Positions 1 through 7,163 of a stretch of 10,726 nt of DNA are shown one piece after another. Numbering within the stretch: position 1 is the first letter of the stretch; each line of letters begins with the position of its first letter. Made by a program: the position numbers and the translations under genes. A model generated the notes under the pieces. It made no database searches and was not told where the DNA came from. It was given only the letters and a program-made list of their open reading frames with translations. Where the stretch lies: assembly GCA_037443265.1 (NCBI GenBank), contig JBBIOR010000010.1, forward strand, positions 1 to 10,726, in the 5' to 3' direction. This DNA is from Candidatus Fraserbacteria bacterium. Lineage in GTDB: Bacteria > Bipolaricaulota > Bipolaricaulia > RBG-16-55-9.

Positions 1-5
1 GGATC

Positions 6-34
6 TTGACAGTCTACTTTCCTTGTGCTACCAT
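6..34 (+). promoter_or_regulatory. sigma70-type promoter (TTGACA-17-TACCAT, extended -10 TG)
   Basis: Perfect -35 TTGACA at 6-11, 17-nt spacer, TG at 26-27, -10 TACCAT at 29-34; points toward the ATP-grasp gene. Confidence 0.75.
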
Positions 35-78
35 CCACATACAACATCGATCCACGGAGGGATGAGCAGGCAATGACC

Positions 79-130
79 GGTGATCGCCTTTGTCGAGCTG
101 AACCCCAGCGTGGGTGATCGCCTTTGTTGA
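79..130. repeat. 18-bp imperfect direct repeat, 34-bp period
   Basis: ggtgatcgcctttgtcga (79-96) vs ggtgatcgcctttgttga (113-130): 17/18 identical. Confidence 0.85.
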
Positions 131-134
131 CGCT

Positions 135-192
135 CTCCTAGCGAGTCCCTTCGCCTTCCCTAGCTGCTCCTCCAAGGGAGTCCCTTTGACTT
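135..192. repeat. 23-bp imperfect direct repeat, 35-bp period; second copy contains palindrome AAGGGA-G-TCCCTT
   Basis: ctcctagcgagtcccttcgcctt (135-157) vs ctccaagggagtccctttgactt (170-192): 19/23 identical; inverted repeat at 174-186. Confidence 0.7.
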
Positions 193-249
193 TTGGCCCG
201 ATGTCTCCATGGGTGCTATCTCCCATACGCTGGCCAGAAAGGAGCTACT

Positions 250-1218
250 ATGAAAATTTACATCCTCTATGAGAATCCGGAGTGGCTGCCGCCGCTGGTG
301 CGCGAGCTCAAACGGGCTGGTCTTCCCTTTGAGGAGTGGTTTGTCCAGCAGGGAGACTTCGAGCTCGACGAGGAGCCGCCGGAGGGCATCTTCTTGAATC
401 GAATGAGCCCCTCGTCACACACGCGCGGCCACATCGAAAGTGTGGACTTCACCCGCGAGCTGCTCGTCTGGCTGGAGAGCCATGGGCGCCGGGTGATCAA
501 CGGCAGCCGAGCGTTCGCGCTTGAGACGAGCAAAATTCGTCAGTACGCGGCCCTGAGAAAGGCAGGCTTGCGCACGCCTCACACGATCGCCGTCTCCGGC
601 GGCCCCGCCGCGCTGAAGAAGGCCGCAAGGAAGATGCCGCTTCCGTTCCTGACCAAGCACAACCGCGGCGGCAAGGGTCTGGGCGTCCAGCTCTTCCGCT
701 CGCTCGAAGCCTTCGATCAATTTGTGGACTCTTCTGAGTTCGTGCCCTCTCCGGACCACATCACGCTCCTGCAAGAATACATCGAGCCCAAGGAGCCCTT
801 CATCACCCGCGTGGAGATCGTCGACGGTGAATTTTTATACGCGATCAAATCCGACACGAGTCGCGGCTTTCACCTCTGCCCGGCGGAGCGCTGCGAGACC
901 GGCGATGCCTTCTGCCCCACCACAGGTGGGCAAACCCATGGGGACCTCGATCGTCAGAGTCTCTTTTCGCTGCGCGAGGGCTTCGCCGATCCCATCATCA
1001 ATCAGTACATCGCGTTCATGCGGGAGAACGCGATCGATCTGGCCGGGATCGAGTTCATCGAAGATCGCCATGGGAACAAGATCACCTACGACGTGAACGG
1101 GACGACGAATTATTCTCCCGGTGTGGAGGAGCGTCACGGCCTAAACGGCTGGGCCAGAGTCGTCCACTTCCTTGCGAGGGAGCTGGAGAGGCCCCAGTTG
1201 ACGCACCATGACGGATGA
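250..1218 (+). CDS. RimK/LysX-like ATP-grasp ligase (alpha-L-glutamate ligase-like), 322 aa
   Basis: Start moved to ATG 250 behind SD AAAGGAG (238-244). ATP-grasp motifs VING..SK, KHNRGGKGLGV, LLQEYI, GIEFI and DVNGTTNY; Cys cluster CPAERC..FCP. Confidence 0.88.
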   Translation: MKIYILYENPEWLPPLVRELKRAGLPFEEWFVQQGDFELDEEPPEGIFLNRMSPSSHTRGHIESVDFTRELLVWLESHGRRVINGSRAFALETSKIRQYAALRKAGLRTPHTIAVSGGPAALKKAARKMPLPFLTKHNRGGKGLGVQLFRSLEAFDQFVDSSEFVPSPDHITLLQEYIEPKEPFITRVEIVDGEFLYAIKSDTSRGFHLCPAERCETGDAFCPTTGGQTHGDLDRQSLFSLREGFADPIINQYIAFMRENAIDLAGIEFIEDRHGNKITYDVNGTTNYSPGVEERHGLNGWARVVHFLARELERPQLTHHDG

Positions 1219-1232
1219 GCCATGATTAAAGC

Positions 1233-1556
1233 ATGATCACTTTTGAGGATTTTCAGAGGCTGGACATTCGTATCGGTGAGATCGTGACCGCGGAGCGCGT
1301 GGCTGGTACTGACAAGCTCCTCAAGTTGACCGTCAATCTCGGAAGCGAGACCCGCCAGCTCGTGGCTGGCATCGCAGAGTCCTATGAGCCAGAAAATCTT
1401 GTGGGCAAGCGGGTTCCCATCTTAGTCAATCTTGAGCCCAAAACGATCCGAGGCGTCGAAAGCCAGGGGATGATCCTCTGCTCTTCCACCCGCGAGGGAA
1501 AGCCTGTTTTACTCCTGCCCGAGCGCGCCGTGCCTATAGGAGCGCGTGTGAAATAG
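1233..1556 (+). CDS. stand-alone tRNA-binding OB-fold protein (Trbp111 / MetRS C-terminal beta-subunit / CsaA family), 107 aa
   Basis: ITFEDFQRLDIRIGEI, DKLLKLTVNLG, RQLVAGI, NLEPKTIRGVESQGMIL, GARVK are hallmark motifs of this domain. Confidence 0.92.
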   Translation: MITFEDFQRLDIRIGEIVTAERVAGTDKLLKLTVNLGSETRQLVAGIAESYEPENLVGKRVPILVNLEPKTIRGVESQGMILCSSTREGKPVLLLPERAVPIGARVK

Positions 1557-1587
1557 CTTCGCTGTTTCTCGCTACGCTCCAAATAGC

Positions 1588-3621
1588 TTACGGTGCTGTT
1601 TGCGGATCTTCCATCGCTTCGGCGACTAGCTCTGCAATATCTTTGTCTTGCAACGCCAGATTTTTCGTTTTGATGCCGTCTTCCAGCATGATCATGCAGA
1701 ACGGACAGGCTGTAGCTACAATGTCAGGGTTCACTTCCATCGCTTGCCTCAAGCGAAGATCGTTCACGCGTTTGCTGGGCTCCTCTTCTACCCACATGAG
1801 CCCGCCTCCGGCTCCACAGCACATGCCCTTCTCGTGGCTCCGTTTCATCTCCACCCGCCGTGCACCCGGAATGGCAGCAATCGCCTCCCGCGGCGCGTCA
1901 TAAATTTTATTATAACGCCCCAGATAACACGAATCGTGATACGTAATCGTCCGCGCCAGCCTCTTCGTAAGCTTGAGCCTTCCTTCCTTGAGGAGTTGCG
2001 CGATCAGCTCGCTATGATGGATCACTTCGTAGCAGCCCCCAAAGTCGGGATATTCATGCTTGAATGTGTTGTAACAGTGCGGACAGACAGTCAAGATCCT
2101 CTTGATATTATATTTTGAGAACGTCTCGATGTTTTTCTGGGCCTGGATCTGGAAGAGATACTCGTGGCCGATTCTTCGGGCCGGATCACCCGTGCAGGTC
2201 TCTTCTGCGCCCAGAATGGCAAACTTGATCCCTGCGCTATGCAAGATCTGAACGAGACTGCGGGCAATTTTATGATTGCGCGGCTCAAACGCCGTCGCGC
2301 ACCCCACAAAGAAGAGATATTCCATTTCATCTACGGGAGAGGCACCAGCCACCTGCAACTGGCCCATGATCGGCACCTCAAGCCCCTCTTTCCACTCTAG
2401 GCGGGCATCGGCCGTCATGTTCCACGGATTGCCTCGCCCGTCATACCCCTTGAAGACGTCCGTGAAGTACGACGGATATTGGTCTTTCATCATGACTTCG
2501 TTGCGACGCATGGCCAGAATCTTATCCAGCTGGTTGATTTGAATGGGGCAAGCCTCCACGCAGGCCATGCACGTCGTGCAGGCCCAGATCTCTTCAGGCT
2601 TAACAGAGAGCGGCACGACATCGCGCGGCTCCTTGGGTCTGCCAAAGAGCGGAAATTCTTCATAGGCCTGATCGCGCAGCTCAAGGATGATCTCTTTGGG
2701 CGACAGCATCTTCCCAGAGAGATGAGCTGGGCATTCTGCCTGGCAGCGACCACACTCCGTGCAGCTGTATAGATCGAGAATGTCACGCCAGCTGAGATCT
2801 CGAATCGTCTGAAGGCCCAGCCTCTCGTTCCGCTCGAAGGCCCCCTCCACGTCCAGCTTGGTCATCTGCCCCTGCGGGGTCGTCTTGTAGAAAATCACGT
2901 TGGGAAGGCTCGTGATGATGTGAAAGTGTTTGGAGATGGGCAAGTAGTTCAAAAAGAAGACGATCATCAAGAGGTGGAGCCACCAGGAGCCGAAATGAAG
3001 CACACGCAGCGCACCGGGCGAGAGGCCCAATTGAACGAGCCACCAGGCTATGGCCCCGCTGGCGAAGGCCCATGCGCCGCGAGGGCTTTCGCCCTCATAA
3101 GCGATGAGAGCTCCATCAATTAAGAGATCCGTGATCATCAGGCTTATGATCAATAGCAAGATGAAGATCGCGCTCCGCGAGAGCGTCAACCGCGGCTTCT
3201 TGACAACCAAGCGCTGATAGAGCCAGTACAAACATCCCAGAGTGACGAGCAGGGCGAAGGCGTCTTTGGTGGCAAAGTAGAGATTCCCCCACCAAGTCAT
3301 AGGGATCTCGAACTGGGGATAAAACCCAGAGATGAAGAGCGTGATCGTGCGCACGGCGTAAATTAAAAAGCCCCAGAAAATGAGAGCATGCATCAGGCCA
3401 GCCAGAAGTTCTTTAAAGAGCCCCTTCTGGGCGAAGAAGTAGACAAACGTGTTCAGGAGGCGCTTGCCCCACTCGTGCCAGCAATCCTCGGGCTTGCCCA
3501 AAGCCAGAAGCTGCCAGCGCTTCCACATCACATAGGAGAAGAAAACAAGACCCACAAACAGCATCAACCCCAGCCACGCACGACCGCTCAGCCCTAAGAA
3601 CACGAAATCCGTCGGATGCAT
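1588..3621 (-). CDS. membrane-anchored Fe-S oxidoreductase, FadF/HdrD/GlpC family, 677 aa
   Basis: Hydrophobic N-terminal helices with His residues (MHALIFWGF, WWLH, SKHFH); two 4Fe-4S motifs CTECGRCQAECP and CTTCMACVEACP; two CCG domains (FVGC..ETCTGD..CPHC; YHDSC..CCGAGGG..ACPFC). Start set at ATG 3621 behind SD GAGGGGG. Confidence 0.92.
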   Translation of the reverse strand: MHPTDFVFLGLSGRAWLGLMLFVGLVFFSYVMWKRWQLLALGKPEDCWHEWGKRLLNTFVYFFAQKGLFKELLAGLMHALIFWGFLIYAVRTITLFISGFYPQFEIPMTWWGNLYFATKDAFALLVTLGCLYWLYQRLVVKKPRLTLSRSAIFILLLIISLMITDLLIDGALIAYEGESPRGAWAFASGAIAWWLVQLGLSPGALRVLHFGSWWLHLLMIVFFLNYLPISKHFHIITSLPNVIFYKTTPQGQMTKLDVEGAFERNERLGLQTIRDLSWRDILDLYSCTECGRCQAECPAHLSGKMLSPKEIILELRDQAYEEFPLFGRPKEPRDVVPLSVKPEEIWACTTCMACVEACPIQINQLDKILAMRRNEVMMKDQYPSYFTDVFKGYDGRGNPWNMTADARLEWKEGLEVPIMGQLQVAGASPVDEMEYLFFVGCATAFEPRNHKIARSLVQILHSAGIKFAILGAEETCTGDPARRIGHEYLFQIQAQKNIETFSKYNIKRILTVCPHCYNTFKHEYPDFGGCYEVIHHSELIAQLLKEGRLKLTKRLARTITYHDSCYLGRYNKIYDAPREAIAAIPGARRVEMKRSHEKGMCCGAGGGLMWVEEEPSKRVNDLRLRQAMEVNPDIVATACPFCMIMLEDGIKTKNLALQDKDIAELVAEAMEDPQTAP

Positions 3622-3646
3622 GGGTGAATTCCCCCTCAATGGCCTC

Positions 3647-3676
3647 AAAATAGCGAAGGCAAGAGAGCTTTGTCAA
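3647..3676 (-). promoter_or_regulatory. sigma70-type promoter of the Fe-S oxidoreductase (TTGACA-18-TATTTT)
   Basis: On minus strand: TTGACA (3676-3671), 18-nt spacer, TATTTT (3652-3647), 25 nt before ATG 3621. Confidence 0.6.
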
Positions 3677-3696
3677 ATTCGCTTCGCCGGGGGGGG

Positions 3697-3726
3697 TTGA
3701 CCACCCCTATGAGTTTCCGCTATGAT
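3697..3726 (+). promoter_or_regulatory. sigma70-type promoter of the methyltransferase (TTGACC-18-TATGAT)
   Basis: TTGACC 3697-3702, 18-nt spacer, TATGAT 3721-3726, followed by purine-rich SD and ATG 3746. Confidence 0.65.
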
Positions 3727-3745
3727 TCCAGAGGGGCAGAGGGTT

Positions 3746-4393
3746 ATGGCACGCGCAGCTGTGGATTCTACTTACATACGAGAGATCTATGATCGGCTGG
3801 CTCTCACGTACGATCGCTGCGAAGCTCTCCTGGAGTTTCTGTGCTTGAGACGCTTTCGCCGCCAGCTGCTGGCGGCCGCCCATGGGCGGGTTCTGGAGAT
3901 CGGCATCGGCACGGGCCGAAATCTTCCGTATTATCCATGCGATTGCCAGATCACAGGCATAGATCTCTCTCAAGAAATGCTTAAGGTCGCGGAACAGCGC
4001 GCCACACGCCTGGGGTTGAACGTTACACTTCTGTCCATGGATGCCCACGATCTCACGTTTCCTGCGGGGAGCTTCGACACCGTAGTGAGCAGCCTGACCC
4101 TCTGCACCCTGATCGATCCCGTCAAAGCGCTTGCGGAGATGGCACGCGTCACTGTGCCCAACGGACGCATTTTGCTCTTGGAGCACGGTCGCAGCTCTCT
4201 TCGTTGGCTCTCGTGGTGCCTCGACCGTTTGGCTCCGTATCAAATTCAGAGATGCGGCTGCCATCCGAACCGCAACATCGTGGCCCTGGTGCAAGCGGCG
4301 GATCTGGACATCCTGCAAGCAGATCGGCATCTACTGGGCATCATGCAAATCATCCGTGCTCGACCCCCTCGCCCCACTACGGTCCTCCGCTAA
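3746..4393 (+). CDS. class I SAM-dependent methyltransferase (UbiE/PmtA-like), 215 aa
   Basis: Motif I VLEIGIGTGRNL, ITGIDLS, MDAHDLTFPAGSFDTVV, GRILLLEH, GCHPNR. ATG 3746 preferred because ATG 3722 lies inside the predicted -10 box. Confidence 0.9.
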   Translation: MARAAVDSTYIREIYDRLALTYDRCEALLEFLCLRRFRRQLLAAAHGRVLEIGIGTGRNLPYYPCDCQITGIDLSQEMLKVAEQRATRLGLNVTLLSMDAHDLTFPAGSFDTVVSSLTLCTLIDPVKALAEMARVTVPNGRILLLEHGRSSLRWLSWCLDRLAPYQIQRCGCHPNRNIVALVQAADLDILQADRHLLGIMQIIRARPPRPTTVLR

Positions 4394-4443
4394 AGAACGC
4401 CTGGGTGCGGATTGATGTCCGGCTCAAGCGGAGGGGCGTGACC

Positions 4444-7134
4444 TTAGAAATTGGGTCCCCAACGAAGAGAGATTTGTGGTTCCCTTTCAAACAGGCCATA
4501 GGCCAGACCCAGGCGGAGCCAGCCCTCGGCCAACCCATAGCCTAAGACGAGTTTCAGCTGAAGCTCCAAGCCGAGCCCCACCCGAAGCTGCCTCAGGTCG
4601 ATGAGGGAACCTACCGTTCCCACATCGAGAAACAAGCGGCCGCGCAGATCGTCCAGGAAGAGTGGCCATGGATTGTCTCGGCAACAGGCCCAGTCGATGG
4701 ACCAGATGGGGAAGCGATACTCCAGGTTCGCGGCGATGAGATGAGACCCCGCAAGGACATCCTCGTATCCTCGGAGGAGATACGCCCCGCTGGCTGTGCC
4801 CAAGCGAAACGTCTCATGATCGCTCCAGGCAGCACGAACGCTAAACCACAACTGCGGGAGGCCGGAGGGAATAGCCCAAGGGAGCTGAAGCTGCTCCTCC
4901 CATGCCAGCGTCAAACGCCGCGAGATTCCTTCGGGTCGCCAGGCTAAGGCTCCTTCGACCTGAAGCGAAGAATCTCGACGGAAGAGGTCGAGCCCCGTGA
5001 GATCTGCTAGTTTCCCCTGCAGAAAGAGCTCAGAGACGCCGGAGTCCTGTCCGATGCCCACAAGCAAGGAGCGCTCGCTGGTGAAGCTCCGGCTGAAGGG
5101 AATTGTGAGCGACAACCTCTGGCGCTGTTGGGTGGCTGTCCCCAGCAGTTGAATATGAACCCAAGGCAAGGCTTGGATGTTCGTATAGCTCAACTGAGAG
5201 AACAGCTCGAGCGAATCGAGGTTCAGCCCTGCGGTAAGCTCATAGCGTTGCTGTCCAAGGGGATCCTCGTTTTGAGTGAAGAGGCCCACGTGCTTAGGTC
5301 CAAGCAGCGGCAGCCAAAACGTCGGCAGTAGCGTAGAGGCTGCATCATAAGGGGCCGAGCGCTCTCGGGGCATCTGAGGAGTCGGCTTTGCCGCCACAGG
5401 GCTGCCCGTTCTTTGTGGAATGGAGACCGGCGACCACTGCTCGGGGGCGTACTCCATCGCATACAGATTGAATCCGTCCACGTCATAGCTGACGAATAGG
5501 AGCTTCTTCCCTTTGGGAGAGGCCACAGGCTGAAAGCTACCGGTGAGGGAGCGGGTCACGCGAAAGAACTGTTGATTCTGCAGATGATAGGCATAGAGAT
5601 CGAAGACGCCTGCGCGCAAAGAGGCAAAGAGCAAGAAGGTGCCGTCTCTGGAAAACGCAGGATCCACATCGGGAGAGGGATCAAAAGTCAGCGGGATGAG
5701 CTCCCCTCTCCAAGGGCTCATCAAATAAATATCGAGTCCCTGCCCCTTCTTCCAAAGAGAGAGGGCAATCCGGCGGCCATCGGGTGAGACGGCCATCGAA
5801 TGGATCTGCTGATCTGGATCGAATTCTCTTAAAATGCGACGGCTCCGGTTGACAAGATCAAATAACACGAGCGAGCTTCTTCCGTTCTTCTCATGGCGCG
5901 CGAGAAGCACAGTGCGACCATCTGGGAGAGGCTCTACCAGAAAGATCCGCTCTTGGTACGTCAAGCGCTGCTCTTGCCCCGTGTCGAGCTCATACGCATA
6001 AAGATCGTAGAAGATGTTGAAATTAGCCTGGAAGGTCAATCGTGGATAGAGCAGGGTGCTCTCATTCAGCCAGACAGGAGGCCCACATTCACAGGAGAGC
6101 AAGGCACGATCCTCGCCATCGACTGGGTTGATCATATGCAACCCCGAGAGGCGCTCCCCATTGGCATGGTAGTACACGATGAGATCTCCGCTGGGGGACC
6201 AGACGGGCCACAGGCTCCAAAACCCCAGCGAACTCCTCCGGGTGCGCGCAGTGACGCCGCCTTGAGAGGCGATCTGCTGACGGAGCCGCTCGAAGTCCTC
6301 CTGGGCCCACTGCCGAAACCGCTCATAGATCTCCTGAGGCGATTGACGAGCCGCGAGCGATAACGCCCCCATGGTGAGCGTAGCCAGCGGGTATTCCGCA
6401 TGGACGCGGCCGAGAGCCTCTGGGATCTCAGGGCCATACGCCTCTTTCAGGAACCGCAGGAATAGATCTCCCATGGCCCGAGCTTGCAGCACAGCCGGAG
6501 GCCAACTCCGCTTGGCATATGGGGCGCTCAGCTGGGCCAAGGAGGGAAAGCGATCTGCTTGTACCCATGCGCGCACGAGCATCTCCGCGAAGGAATGATC
6601 CGACGCGATCAGCTCCGCTAAGCCTTCCCGAAACATTAAGGGCTTGGCCAGACCGGGGGCGATGAGCTTGCCGAGAAGCGCCTTCAAGTCGGCCGTGAGC
6701 CCTTCCACCCGAGCTTGATCCACAAGGCGCCCGTATTCTGAAAAGATCAGATCTTCTAGCGTGATGGCACTTCCCAAGCGCTCCCAAGAGAAGCCGAAGG
6801 GGTGATCCAGCGCGATGACGTTCTGGGGGAAGAGCCTCGTGGAGGCGAAGGGCACATCTCGTTGATCTGTTAACACTAAGAAAGTCTTCTCCTGGGGTGA
6901 ATATCCCAGCTGTTGAGCCCAAAACTCCTGGGCTCGCTCTGCGATCTCTGCGGCTTCTTCTGCCACTGGACGCATCTCCTCAGGGAAGACAATGATAAAG
7001 TGCTCCGTCTCCAGGGTCTTCCACGGAAGAGATGGATCAAAGCGAAGCTCTATGGGCACAGCTGCCCCCTTCGCTGATGATCCCAGGAGCATGAGGGCGA
7101 GGAGCAAGGCGATCCATCTGGATTTGATGGCCAA
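4444..7134 (-). CDS. Omp85 (BamA/TamA) superfamily outer-membrane protein with N-terminal peptidase MA-like domain and TolB/PD40 beta-propeller repeats, 896 aa
   Basis: TTG start at 7134 with SD AAGGAGG 9 nt upstream gives a signal peptide (MAIKSRWIALLLALMLLGSSAKGA); WKTLETEHF and FREGLAE; PD40-like repeats PVWSPSGD, VSPDGRRI, PAFSRDG, PVASPKG; barrel motifs LRGY (4765-4776), NLEYRFPI, FLDVG (4618-4632); terminal Phe. Confidence 0.8.
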   Translation of the reverse strand: MAIKSRWIALLLALMLLGSSAKGAAVPIELRFDPSLPWKTLETEHFIIVFPEEMRPVAEEAAEIAERAQEFWAQQLGYSPQEKTFLVLTDQRDVPFASTRLFPQNVIALDHPFGFSWERLGSAITLEDLIFSEYGRLVDQARVEGLTADLKALLGKLIAPGLAKPLMFREGLAELIASDHSFAEMLVRAWVQADRFPSLAQLSAPYAKRSWPPAVLQARAMGDLFLRFLKEAYGPEIPEALGRVHAEYPLATLTMGALSLAARQSPQEIYERFRQWAQEDFERLRQQIASQGGVTARTRRSSLGFWSLWPVWSPSGDLIVYYHANGERLSGLHMINPVDGEDRALLSCECGPPVWLNESTLLYPRLTFQANFNIFYDLYAYELDTGQEQRLTYQERIFLVEPLPDGRTVLLARHEKNGRSSLVLFDLVNRSRRILREFDPDQQIHSMAVSPDGRRIALSLWKKGQGLDIYLMSPWRGELIPLTFDPSPDVDPAFSRDGTFLLFASLRAGVFDLYAYHLQNQQFFRVTRSLTGSFQPVASPKGKKLLFVSYDVDGFNLYAMEYAPEQWSPVSIPQRTGSPVAAKPTPQMPRERSAPYDAASTLLPTFWLPLLGPKHVGLFTQNEDPLGQQRYELTAGLNLDSLELFSQLSYTNIQALPWVHIQLLGTATQQRQRLSLTIPFSRSFTSERSLLVGIGQDSGVSELFLQGKLADLTGLDLFRRDSSLQVEGALAWRPEGISRRLTLAWEEQLQLPWAIPSGLPQLWFSVRAAWSDHETFRLGTASGAYLLRGYEDVLAGSHLIAANLEYRFPIWSIDWACCRDNPWPLFLDDLRGRLFLDVGTVGSLIDLRQLRVGLGLELQLKLVLGYGLAEGWLRLGLAYGLFEREPQISLRWGPNF

Positions 7135-7163
7135 TCGTCTGAGCCTCCTTGAGCGTAGCGTCG

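Noticed and set aside
79..192. CRISPR array
   Set aside because: Only two copies per repeat type, 12-16-nt spacers, and no cas genes in the window
14..226. 70-aa minus-strand ORF
   Set aside because: No recognisable motif or SD; antisense to the plus-strand promoter and leader
50..228. SAM-I (S-box) riboswitch or T-box, suggested by cggaggga, tggcccgatg and ggtgcta fragments upstream of a MetRS-related domain
   Set aside because: Fragments are wrongly spaced; the GCAACC core, P1 pairing and the T-box GGTGGTACC motif are absent
193..249. TTG-initiated N-terminal extension of the ATP-grasp ORF
   Set aside because: Clear SD sits in front of ATG 250 and family-like sequence begins there
2041..2160. 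AT-richer patch inside the oxidoreductase as a sign of mosaic origin
   Set aside because: Short and explained by Lys/Ile/Tyr/Asn/Phe codons; no breakpoint evidence
3707..4330. 207-aa minus-strand ORF
   Set aside because: Antisense shadow of the methyltransferase; no motifs
4394..4443. Intrinsic terminator between convergent genes (cggat-tgat-gtccg hairpin, acgcc/ggcgt outer arms)
   Set aside because: Weak stem with G-U pairs and no U-tract on either strand
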